Notes: generated by a model not told the origin, from the letters alone. Shown: positions 39,801-53,220, counted from the first letter of the stretch. The stretch: DNA of 64,000 bases from Macrostomum lignano (GCA_002269645.1 NIVC01003664.1:1-64000); one strand, 5' to 3'. Made by a program: numbers and translations.

Positions 39801-41388
39801 GACCCAATGACAGGTCAGGCACACTGACCCAATCAAGTCAAGGAAGGCGCTGCACAAAGCAATGCCTGATTTGACTCACCCTGCGGCTGCTTGAGCGTGA
39901 AAATTCGCTTGTCAGGCGTCGGGCCCTGCAGAGTCTGGCCGGTGACCCGAATGCCCTCTTCGGCGAACCAGCGAATAAAGGAGGCACCGTAGGCGACCTC
40001 GCCGCGAGATTCGGCGAGCGGCTTGCCGTTCTCCAGGGTCATGAGAGCGGCCAGGTCCTCGCAGCGGTCCTGGATCAGGCGCTCCCAGCTGTGCAGAAGA
40101 GCAGCTCGCTGAGATGGCGTCTTGCCGCGCCAGGCTTCAAATGCAACCTGCGGGGAGCCGAGTGACAGATGCGAGCTGCGGGTGGAGCTGCAGACTTTTC
40201 TTGTACATTAATTTATTAACTGATGGTTTTCACTTTGAGTTCACTTTGACTCCTAACTTGACCATCTGTCACTCCTAATTGGACCATCTGTCCCTCCTAA
40301 TTTGACAAGCTGTCACTCTTAATTTCAGAATCTGTCACTCCTGATTAGAACATCTGTTACTCCTGATTTGACAAGCTACTCTTAATTTAAGAGTCTGTCA
40401 CTTCTAATTAGACAAGCTGTCACTCCTAATTAGACAAGATGTCACTCCTAATTTGACAAGCTGTCACTCCTAATTAGACAAGATGTCACTCCTAATTAGA
40501 CAAGCTGTCACTCCTAATTAGACAAGCTGTCACTCCTAATTAGACAAGATGTCACTCCTAATTTGACAAGCTGTCACTCTTAATTTCAGAATCTGTCACT
40601 CCTGATTTGACCAGCTGTCACTTTTTATTTCAGAATCTGTCACTTCTAATTAGACAAGCTGTCACTCTTCATTTCAGAGTCTGTGACTCCTAATTACACA
40701 AGCTGTCACTCCTAATTTGACAAGCTGTCACTCCTAATTTCAGAATCTGTCCCTCCTGATTAGACCACCTGCCACTCCTAATTTCAGAGTCTGTCACTCC
40801 TAATTGAAACCCTCTGTCACTCCTAATTTGACAATCGGTCACTTCTAATTTGAAAAGCTGTCACACCTAATTTAGGAGTCTTTCACTCCTAATAAGACAA
40901 GCTGTCACTCTTTATTTCAGAATCTGTAACTCCTAATTAGACAAGCTGTCACTCCTGATTTGACAAGCTGTCACTCTTAATTTAAGAGTCTGTCACTCCT
41001 AATTAGACAAGCTGTCTCTCCTAATTTGAAAATCTCTCACTCCTAATTGAACAATCCGTCACTCCTAATTTGACAATCTGTCACTTAATACTTTATCGCA
41101 AAAGGGCTACTCAAGTACAAGATAGAAGTAATATTAACACCAAATAATCACCTGAGCATGCGCAATGGCGGCTGTTGCATCAGCAGCTCCCATGTCTGGC
41201 ACCTTGCAGACAAGTTCCCCATTTGCCGGATTGTAGACTGGGAAGCTCTCTCCATTGGCTGCATTCACCCATTGGCCATTGACAAAGGCTTTCTCACGCA
41301 GCAGGCTTTTGTAAGATGATGACGACATTGCGCGACTAGATAGGCTTAGAAGAGTTCTAGCAATCTGTGAACTTAGAAGCAAGCGCAT
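36898..41388 (-). CDS. ALDH5A1: succinate-semialdehyde dehydrogenase, mitochondrial (511 aa, 5 exons)
   Basis: Exons 41388-41152, 40147-39880, 39025-38640, 37754-37605 and 37392-36898 total 1536 nt, open. Motifs: N-terminal targeting-like peptide, [57 protein letters not shown] (catalytic Cys and CxC), EEIFGP. SSADH-type substrate Arg/Ser positions present. Confidence 0.93.
37415..37510. repeat. ~23-bp tandem repeat, 4 copies (SSADH intron 4)
   Basis: gtgcaattccccctctgaccgctt units. Confidence 0.85.
37920..38605. repeat. 18-bp minisatellite (TGTGTGAAGATTTGAGTT)n (SSADH intron 3)
   Basis: Direct. Confidence 0.95.
39068..39833. repeat. 28-bp minisatellite (CAGGTCAGGCACACCAGTGACCCAATGA)n, ~27 copies (SSADH intron 2)
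   Basis: gacagg at 39081, 39109, etc. Confidence 0.97.
40245..41090. repeat. degenerate ~22-bp minisatellite (TGTCACTCCTAATTWGACAAGC)n (SSADH intron 1)
   Basis: Direct, diverged copies. Confidence 0.9.
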
Positions 41389-43567
41389 AGCTACAAAAAA
41401 GGAAGAAATCAGGGAGGACACTAAAGCTCAGAAACAATTTTGATAACATTTTTTAATTTAAATCTTTGATATCCTGCATAAAAGCAAGTATACTTCCTTA
41501 TTGGTGTCAAGAATATTTGATACAATTCAATCTTCATTAAAAAAATAGTTTACAAGTCATTTTGATCATGATAAAAGCTATTATAGTTTTCCAAAAGCAC
41601 AAAAAATAGTATTTAATAGATCAGCTTTGTTCAATACTTAGTTCTATGCCAATTTTCCAAAACCTCATTTAGGATTCACATTACTATTAAATATCTAAAT
41701 TCCTAATGAATTTGATTACACTAAATTTTATTATATTATAAGTCTATTGAATCAGTATTATAATATTACTTGAAATGGTTAAAATTAAAAAAGATAAAAT
41801 TTGATTGATAAAAAAATCAACAATTATCTATAAGTTATGAAAAGAAATAGCTAGCAAAAATAGTTTGTCTAAAATATCTTTGCATTCATATTTTCATATT
41901 TTTAGATATGAAAATATATTCCTTTAAAGAGAAAAATTGAATGGCTAAGCCTAAAAACTCTGGATAGCAGGAAGGACTAAAACAAATTAAAAAAATCAAA
42001 GTAATTAAAATTTCTTAAATGTATTTAGACTTCTAAGACATCAGTTAAATTAAAATAGAACATAAAATATTTATGCAGAAATATTGACACAACTATCCAG
42101 AAGTCTAGGGAAAATGCAGATGTACAAAGAAAATAAAAATTAAATAAGAATTTATACTTAACTAATTGAATTCAAATATAATTTAATTAAACTAGTAGAT
42201 TTGTATCTTAATAATAAGCTCACCTGTTCGAGTTTTCCAAATTAAGGCTAAACTGTCTTTGATATGGTTGATTGAATTTACGATTTTTTGCCTAAACAAA
42301 TTAGCAAAGCAGTCAAAAAATTACAAACTAAATAAATTATAGTTTTATTTTAATCTTAAGTCACTATAGGAAAAGTTTTCAGGTCCGCATTTGTAAACCA
42401 TGATAGAAATTTCTGCTTTGTGTAGTTAACTATAAGTCGCGGTTCATGGAAAATTTATTGTTCGTGCGACAATCCGAACTCGAGCCAAATCATATACTAT
42501 AATAAATTTTATTGCAACCTATACATATTGCAACATTCCAAGCTGCTGAATATTATTTTTCTTTTGCGTTAGCTATAACTTTTGTGGATCAATGGGGCAG
42601 GAACTACTGGAAGTCAAAATGTTGTTACAATGGTCTTAGCCTAGCCAACGGTCTCTACTGGTACGACACCAGGATGTAATTTTCATTGATAATGACTTTT
42701 GATGCTGGCAGGAGGCCCTAAAATTAAATTTTCTGTCACAAAGATAAAATCATGTATAATATAGCCGAAAGTTAAAGATTCAAAATCGCTTGGAATTTTC
42801 ATGCAAGAAGACGATTATAAAATCATTGATCGAATAGATAAAGCAATAAAGTAATAGTTAAGTAGCAAAATTTAGATAAAAACAAACCGTTTAATCAAAT
42901 TTTAGTAAGCAAAACTGATTTTTAAACCAACGTCTATAGTTACCAATGAAGATAGACTGAATGACTGAATAGACTGATAGGTTGAATGTATGAATACTAT
43001 ATACAACAAATTAAATCGATCAAGAGCTTGTACACGATAAAATGCAACTTTAAAGTAAACTCTAAAATGATAATAGTTATACACTTCAGCTTACCATAAT
43101 TGAAGAGTTCGTAAGCGGCTGCTCGGTAGGGGGCCCAAATCAAGCAAAATTTCTTTTGGAGCTACCATTATATATAACTGCACTTGTAGAAGGCCAAATA
43201 AAAAACAAAGCATTCACACAGCGGCTCAACACACGTCCATTATCTTATCTACACTCATGTACATCTACGAGTAATTTCGCTATGCGAACCGAAAATGTAC
43301 TGTTCCTCATTTTGATAAAGTATGCATTTTATGCGCACATTGCATTATCTTTAGAAGCTTCTTTCAGGGACAGCTAGGAGTTACTAGATTCGATTGGACG
43401 CAACATGCCCCACGATTCATTCGAAAATTGCAAAACTGCTTTGACTTTAGAGGTATTTTGCTCTACAGTTCTAAACGACATAGCATGCATAATGTACATG
43501 TAGCTGCACGTACTGGAACAAAACCTTGAGTTATTAACTGCGCGGGTTTAAATTTTTTGAGAGGTGG

Positions 43568-43826
<259 letters not shown>

Positions 43827-45944
43827 AGTTCATTCCAGTTACAGTATATAGACCGACATGTAGATCATTTCGGCCATGACAGAACCACATCCTACATAGA
43901 GCTATCCAGTTTATTCCCGTCATCATAAAGACCTACTAAATAATTTCCCGAGTTTATTTTAGACTCGATCATAGAAACCATAGAAATAGAAACAGTCACA
44001 AGAAGCTACTTTGGATGCGACATGTTTGCGTGGGTATAAAAAAAAATAACCCTTTTTATAAGCTTTAAAATAATTTCGAAACTATATATTTCATTACAGT
44101 TTAGTTTCGAGCTTTGTGAAGCGACCAAACTTGAATATATAATATGAGATGCAGTTGAGACGTACGAACGTCGTTTTCTGTCGATGTAATGTAAAAGTAC
44201 ATATTGGTCAGCAACGTCGATAGCTAGAGACAATCCGACGTCGAATTGCTGTACAGGTTTAAAAAGTTTGACAGCTATAAAATGTACTTTCATCAAGCCT
44301 AAAAGTTTCACAAAGTATATCTTGTAGAACATTCTTGAGTCGTTATTTGCAACATTAGTTAGGGAAGTATTCTAAATAGAACTGAACTAATGCATACATG
44401 TAGCTCGTACATTATATCGTCCCGCTCAAGGCGATCGATCGTTTGTCGATTAAGGACTACTCAAGTAACATATATACTTAAGTTGTCCTTGTTGTCGAAT
44501 TGAATAAAGAATTTATTGTGGTTGGCAGTCAAGCACATGAGACACAAGCCTCACTCTCAGGAAGTGAAGTTTGCCATTTCTTTAATTTAGCATGTACATG
44601 TACAACATGTTACTCTGAATTGCAATTTGTATACATGTAGTTGTGTAGTGAAAGTTGTTTTTCATATTACTTTCTTTTTATTTCATAAGCCCAAGCCAAA
44701 GTTGCAAATGCTCACAAATGAAATTTTTGTTTTGCTCCTTACTTCTTTAAGTGCAAGTACGAGTATACTAGAATTAAATTTGTTGCATACTCCAGATCAA
44801 ATGCAATCAAAAGATTTTGTGATGAAAAAATCATTATTCCGATCTTTACGTGTACCTTTTTTCCAGAAAATTGTTGGCCTCCTATAAATTACATGCATTG
44901 TACACGATATTTTAGTTTTACGTCCTCTTATACTAGTGGTCCAGCTTGATTTGAAACTTGTGACTAGCATGTACGCGTTGTACAAACGAGTATTTGTATG
45001 TAAATGTACTAAAGCGACATGCATGAATTAATAGCCTACCGCGATGCATACCCCTTGCATGTATACACATGTAGAACTGATCAGGAATATTATACCAACC
45101 TTGTACAAGAAAAATATAAATTTGATATGCATGCATTTTACTATCAAAACGTTTTGATCGGGTAAATCTCTTTATTAAGACTCACTGAGCATTGCAGGGC
45201 AGGCAATGAAGACAAAATCTGCCTCGCGTAGCTAAATGCGCTGCAGGAAATTAAAAAAGCATTGTGGGCCCCCACAAGGCTTTGCCCGGGCAAACCTCGG
45301 CGGGAAAAAACTTGGTGTGCAGCTCTGCGGGCAAATCTCGACGCGACGGGCAATTCGTCTGCGTGGGCAATTCTCATGGACCAAGTTGCAGCTTTGTGTC
45401 AATCACATATGCAAAATGAACTTATATAACTATTCGATGCAACACCAGATCAATGGCCATATATATAATACGTGTTTTGACTACATGTACATGTACTGTA
45501 AGCTCTGCATACTGCATATACATCAATAGAAGGTTTAATTAGGTAGAGACCAAGCATATATGCTCCGAAACAAAGTTAATCCAAAGGATCAAAATGAAAA
45601 CGTCTTTATTTCGCATTCCTTAGTCTTTTTGGAGTTACGATTTATCCTGTACAATTCGTAAAAGTTAACCTATTATCTCTAAAAAGCCAAGCCGAAAGTT
45701 TTAAATTTAAACAAATAAAAAGACCTACTTATTTTGGATCAAAAAAGCCCAGCCAATAAATTATTACTTATGTACTAAAAGCGCTTTTTGATTGTGTAAA
45801 ATAAATAAATAAAAACACTTTTTGACATTTAGTGAGTATGTTGTTATCTTCAACTTCTAATAATCAAATAGTTTTTTACAGGTTTGTTGTTTGAGTCTCG
45901 AGATCGTCTTTCAAAATAGAATTTTGACCAACTGAAACTGCAGC

Positions 45945-47703
45945 ATGAAGTCAGTTAAAAGTACAATAAAGAGCACATGGACTCCGCTTTCAAAGGACGA
46001 GACAAATGCGGCTGTATGTTATACAGAATTATCTGTGAAATTTTTTACAGATTGGTGGATTTAGTCAATAATAATTAAACTTAATACAGCTTTCTCGTAT
46101 ATTAGGATCCATTGGTTTCGCGCAAAATGGCGTCGTATTTTTTTCATTTTTAAAAATTTCATAGCACAAAATTATTATGCAGGCTTGAAAATACAATGAC
46201 TTTTACTGCAACATGTACGAGCATTGTCTATACTTTAAACTGCTCTAAATGTAATCTATCATATGTTAATTTCATAATTTTGTTTGAAGTACCTAAAAAA
46301 CACAAAAATAAACAATTAATAATTAAATAAATGAATGTTTAAAACTTTTCATAAATTATAACTAACAGTTTGTTTTGAAAAGCAAATTGTAAAATTGTAC
46401 TCTAAAAGTTTGGGCTACTATTTTGTTCTTTACCTCAAGATTATTTTCTTGGCCAAAAGTTATACAGTACTCCAGTATGTACTTTGTTAATCATTTTAAA
46501 GCTTAGCTGAACCTTGATGAAAGACAACTCTTAAATTAAATATTTGACATAATATAAATGTTTAAAGCATCACTTTAATTAAATATAACTGGCTAGATTT
46601 GTAAAGATTTTTTCGTTTCATTAAATTTATGAAAAGCAAACCACCTCGTATTTATTTTATGCCTTTAGTTTTTACAGTAATGTCAATACTTGATGTAATT
46701 AAGCTAATTTCCTCTCCTGACTCATTTTAGATTTTTGAGGAACGACGTAACCTTTTAAACAAATGGGTAAGCTCATTGGAGAAACATTCGTTATTGTTTA
46801 TCATATAAAAAATCAGGAATTTTGAATTATGACTTGGTTTCAGTTCGCGAAATGGACCGACGAGCAGCGAAAGACGGCACTGAACGACCTGGTGCGAGCG
46901 TGCAACCAGTCCCAGATCGAACATCTGCACGAAGTCACGAAGCCCAGAGTGGTTCTGCACAAGGTGGACTTCACCCGCCAGCTGCCAAGGAGCCTCAGCT
47001 TGCTGCTGCTGTCCTACTTGGATCCGCGCAGCCTCTGTCGGGCGGCTCAGGTGACTCAAACTGCCGCCATGACTGGCCCCACCCACTTGCCACGCGACAA
47101 CCTAGCGCACCTATACAGAACACCACACCCGATTACCACAACAAAGCTCACACTGGATTCCCTATCCCATCCGCTGACAGGTAAGCTGGTACTGGAACTG
47201 GCTGTGCGACTCTGACGAAGTCTGGCTGCCCAAGTGCGCCCGCCTTGGCTGGTTCCTGCCCGCCCAGGCGCATCGGGACGTTGAAAGCTTCACCTTCTGG
47301 ACTGGCAAAGCCGTCACGCCCGGAGTCTACAAGCGGCTGTACTTGGAGAACCTCACCAGCCTGCAGGTATGAGAGGGAGAGTACGGAGGGAGAAGGAGAG
47401 AGGGTCCAGGTTCGACCCTGGGCTGTGGCACTCCGTCGACCTCAAGGAATAGTACAACAAAGCGTGCCTGGGGGGCATCGAATTCACTGCATTATTTAGT
47501 TAGTTAGTTGGTTAGTTAGCTCAGTTAGTTAGTAGTGAGTTAGTTAGTTTGTTTGTTTGTTTGTGAGTTAGTTAGTTAGTTATTTAGTTTGTTTGTTTGT
47601 TTGTTTGTTTGTTTGTTAGTTAGTTAGTGAGTTAGTTAGTTAGCTCAGTTAGTTAGTAGTGAGTTAGTTAGTTTGTTTGCTTGTGAGTTAGTTAGTTAGT
47701 TAT

Positions 47704-47772
<69 letters not shown>

Positions 47773-47821
47773 CAGTTAGTTAGTTCGTTAGTTAGTTAGT
47801 TAGTTAGTTACTTAGTCAGTG

Positions 47822-47887
<66 letters not shown>

Positions 47888-47978
47888 CTCAGTTAGTTAG
47901 TAGTGAGTTAGTTAGTTTGTTAGTTTGTTTGTTAGTTAGTTAGTTAGTTATTTAGTTTGTTAGTTTGTTTGTTAGTTT

Positions 47979-48034
<56 letters not shown>

Positions 48035-48069
48035 GTTAGTTAGTTAGTTAGTTAGTTAGTTTGTTAGTG

Positions 48070-48100
<31 letters not shown>

Positions 48101-48153
48101 GAGTTAGTTAGTTAGTTAGTCAGTGAGTTAGTTAGTTAGTTAGTTAGTTAGTC

Positions 48154-48216
<63 letters not shown>

Positions 48217-48217
48217 C

Positions 48218-48298
<81 letters not shown>

Positions 48299-49287
48299 TG
48301 TAACAGGGGTTTTACCTCCTACTTTATCAATTTTAATCCCAACCGCTGATACCAAGTTGTTACAGGCGTGATTCTCCCTTCTTAATAATATCTCACTGCT
48401 GACACCAAGTTGTTACAGGGTTTTTGGCTCTCTATAAAATTCCACTGTTATGCCACCAGAGTTGTACCAGGGCTAATTTACTATTCTCTTAAGTGTTCTT
48501 GTTAGGTTGGTAGCTGCCACCAAGATTATTCTATTAATAAATTATGAGTTTATCAATATTTGAATAATCTGAAAAATGTTTCTTAGAATAGGTCTGAGTA
48601 TTTAGTCTGAGTATTTAGTCTGAGTATTAGTCTGAGTATTATTCTTAGAAAAACTGTTAGCCCTGAGAGGTGTACTCTTCTGATTATTCTGGTAGCGTTC
48701 TATTATTCTGGTAGCGTTATACTTAATAATGGCCTGAGCGGTATTTTGGCTTACTGGTATATATATTTCATGTACTTTGCAAGTCCTTGGGCGTTACCGA
48801 GATCAGAGGGTCACAGCCTCCGTTATTCTTACACGTCTTACTTCAGATCTACTTCGCAACTTATCACTACTCAACACTTTCCTTCTTAGTAGTATATACG
48901 GTACACACCTCCGTCTACTTCACTCTTACTTCTTAAAGGAATGAATACAGAAACACTTCTTCAATTCTTATTTTCTCGGAACTCTTATTAATTGCTATCA
49001 ACTGTTTTATTGAACCGCGATGCGCGAGGTTGCTTCTCCCTCCGCCAAATTTGCCTGTATTTATAATAATTTTTCTCGTAGATTAAAACAAAAATTAACT
49101 CGCGTAAAATATTATCAAAAATACGAGTAGTAAAACAAAAATGCGTCGTAGTTTTTTGGCGTGAATTTAAAATGTAATAAATGATAGCTATTTTTTTGAA
49201 AGCAATCGGGAGGGGCCCTTTACAGTTAGTTAGTCAGTTAGTTACTTAGTTACTTAGTTAGTTAGTTAGTCAGTTAGTTAGTTAGTC

Positions 49288-49340
<53 letters not shown>

Positions 49341-50249
49341 CTTAGTTAGTTACTTAGTTAGTCAGTCAGTTAGTTCGTTAGTTAGTTAGCTGACCCGAAT
49401 CTCCACCCACAGGTGGAGGGCCCGACCCTAAAGGAGATGCAGCGCCTGCAGGAGACGGCACGCAGGCAGGACGAGGCCAAGGCCCGAAAAGCCAAGGCCA
49501 AGCGCGAGGCCGAGCTGGCCAAGAAGCGCACCCTGTCTGGCGCAGTCTGGCGCGCACCGGACAAGCACCCGGTGGACACCATGCGCTACAACTACTTGGA
49601 TCGTCGGGACATTCAACAGATGGAGAGCCGGCGCAAAGAGCCGCAGCCGCACAACACGTAGGAAGCCGCTTTGTTGATCCTTATAAAATCGACCATTAAA
49701 CCTCATTGAACCGAAGCCTAATTAGACATCTTTGGATGAGCAATCTACCGAATCACCTGCCACTGGGCCGCCCGCTCCCCCTGGATCCCGCAGGATGCGC
49801 AGCGTCGTGCTGACGGGCACAGGCAAGCTGCCGGCCGGGGCCGCCTCAGTCGCAGCTGGCGACGCAGCTTCAAAGAAGCGACACGCCGTCAACATCCGAG
49901 CTCTGCATCAGGTGTGGCAAACATAAAGTCATGATAATAAGAGCAATAAAAATTCAGTGTCTACTTTCGCACTTTTCTACTAACAAGTAGTCAAGTTTGA
50001 ATGTGCAGCCGAATAAAATAAGAAAAAATCTCCGCGCAGAGACTGCAATCGGACACGACGGTGACTCGCGGCAACCCCGAGCTTCCGCCTAGCGCTGGCA
50101 AAAATTTCAAGACCGTCGATTTAGCGGAACCCTCCGGGGGCGGCGGCGGTGGCGGCGGCGGTGGCGGCGGCTACCTGGTGGAGACTCTGCTGGACGGTCA
50201 GCTGATGGAGTCGCGGCCTTGGACGCTGAACGAAGGCGAGCTGGAGTAG
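45945..50249 (+). CDS. FBXO16: F-box only protein 16-like
   Basis: Exons 45945-46013 (MKSVKSTIKSTWTPL..), 46731-46766 (IFEERRNLLNKW), 46844-47050 (FAKWTDEQR..VDFTRQLPRSLSLLLLSYLDPRSLCRAAQ), 47181-47366 (VSWYWNWL..WLPKC..GW), 49413-49657/49661 (WRAPDKHPVDTMRYNYLD); probable 49726-49911 and 50040-50249. STWTPL, FEERR..L.KWF.KWTD, the F-box and DKHP.D..R.NYLD match FBXO16 as I recall it. Confidence 0.85.
47495..48298. repeat. (TTAG)n/(TTTG) microsatellite, left part
   Basis: Direct; intronic in FBXO16. Confidence 0.95.
48299..49224 (-). mobile_element. solo LTR (926 bp), probably Ty3/Gypsy-type, inserted in (TTAG)n
   Basis: TGTAA...TTACA inverted termini; GTTA on both sides (48295-98, 49225-28); minus-strand TATAAATA (49058-65) followed by AATAAA (49006-11). 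TSD length is hard to fix inside a microsatellite. Confidence 0.8.
49225..49390. repeat. (TTAG)n microsatellite, right part
   Basis: Direct; continues the array split by the LTR. Confidence 0.95.
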
Positions 50250-50664
50250 GGTTAATTCCGCTATTTGAATTCGCGTCCTGGCCTCCAAATCTACTGTCTA
50301 GTAGTATTCTGTGCATGTTAATTTCATTCATACGCTCGAGAACTGCTTCGCTGTTGAAGTAGAAGCAGAACGTTATTTCTGCAGAACATTGATATGCTTT
50401 AGCTAGCCTGTTTAAGTTTAGCTACAATATGCTCGCACTATCACTATAATTCGTGACCCAATAAAAGGCACAAAATTTTCTGCTACTGCTTCAACGTATG
50501 GTACTCATAGCTCAATAAAACGCCCCCAGCCCGTGCTCAGTGAGAGACAGGATTAGGAAAAAAAGTTTATTGAAATTTTACCAGGAGTGACTCCATTTTC
50601 CATAGATTAACTACCGCGAATCAAAAAGTAAAGAAGCTCCTTTACGATCGTTAATGATTTCATC

Positions 50665-51658
50665 AGCCGGGAATGATTTGCAATTGTCCATGGCTTTAAT
50701 CCGGGAATGAATAGCAATTCTCTATGGCTTTAAGCCTAGAATGAGTTGCAATTGTCTATGGCTTTAAGCCTAGAATGAGTTGCAATTGTCTATGGCTTTA
50801 AGCCTAGAATGAGTTGCAATTGTCTATGGCTTTAAGCCTAGAATGAGTTGCAATTGTCTATGGCTTTAAGCCTAGAATGAGTTGCAATTGTCTATGGCTT
50901 TAAGCCTAGAATGAGTTGCAATTGTCTATGGCTTTAAGCCTAGAATGAGTTGCAATTGTCTATGGCTTTAAGTCAAGAATGAGTTGCAATTGTCTATGGC
51001 TTTAAGCCTAGAATGAGTTGCAATTGTCTATGGCTTTAAGTCAAGAATGAGTTGCAATTGTCTATGGCTTTAAGCCTAGAATGAGTTGCAATTGTCTATG
51101 GCTTTAAGCCTAGAATGAGTTGCAATTGTCTATGGCTTTAAGCCTAGAATGAGTTGCAATTGTCTATGGCTTTAAGCCTAGAATGAGTTGCAATTGTCTA
51201 TGGCTTTAAGTCAAGAATGAGTTGCAATTGTCTATGGCTTTAAGCCTAGAATGAGTTGCAATTGTCTATGGCTTTAAGCCTAGAATGAGTTGCAATTGTC
51301 TATGGCTTTAAGCCTAGAATGAGTTGCAATTGTCTATGGCTTTAAGTCAAGAATGAGTTGCAATTGTCTATGGCTTTAAGTCAAGAATGAGTTGCAATTG
51401 TCTATGGCTTTAAGCCTAGAATGAGTTGCAATTGTCTATGGCTTTAAGCCTAGAATGAGTTGCAATTGTCTATGGCTTTAAGTCAAGAATGAGTTGCAAT
51501 TGTCTATGGCTTTAAGTCAAGAATGAGTTGCAATTGTCTATGGCTTTAAGCCTAGAATGAGTTGCAATTGTCTATGGCTTTAAGCCTAGAATGAGTTGCA
51601 ATTGTCTATGGCTTTAAGTCAAGAATGAGTTGCAATTGTCTATGGCTTTAAGTCAAGA
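50665..51658. repeat. 34-bp minisatellite (GGCTTTAAGCCTAGAATGAGTTGCAATTGTCTAT)n, ~28 copies, two variants (CCTAG/TCAAG)
   Basis: Unit starts at 50726, 50760, 50794. Confidence 0.97.
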
Positions 51659-51991
51659 AATATTTGTTGCCATTCAAATAGTACGAAGCTGAGAGCGCTG
51701 TATAAACGTTGGAGCAGTAACAGGAAAAAATTACCTTTTTATAAGATCACCTCACCCACTAAAGGGTCCTTCTGAGGCATACTGTAAAGCATCGCAGATT
51801 GATAGGAAACTATACTCGTATTATTTTTGTTGCTGACACAGCAGAAATAAAACCAATTTATTGTCAATCACTGCAAATTGGCCGACAAGTTTTTCTGGCT
51901 TTCGAATTCAGTGAGAATTTTGAATAAAATCTAGGATTTTTTCATTTCCGTCGTAATTCTCAGTCACCAGCAGCAGCATACAAAAACCTCT

Positions 51992-52184
51992 GAATATTAG
52001 TCATAGATCAGACCATATATGGAAAGTCTGCAATCAAAACGCATGTTAAGCATGTCCGCTTTTCTCACCAGAAAATTTATTACAATCGTTAAATAAAACA
52101 AAACTGATGCTTTTCCACTGTCCGGAAATGAAAAATTTCTGAAAATTATTAAATTTCTGCAGCTTTGAACCAATTCTAATGAAC
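51992..52184 (+). repeat. ~190-bp unique flank duplicated at 57015-57207
   Basis: gaatattagtcatagatcag...aaccaattctaatgaact is identical apart from ~1 mismatch, and both copies run into (TCTG)n. Confidence 0.92.

Positions 52185-53220
<1,036 letters not shown>

Noticed and set aside
48299-48530. CRISPR-like repeat/spacer appearance
   Set aside because: Eukaryotic context, only 3-4 degenerate non-palindromic repeats and no cas genes; better explained as LTR-end/PBS units.
47495-49390. (TTAG)n as an interstitial telomere
   Set aside because: The unit is TTAG, not TTAGG or TTAGGG.
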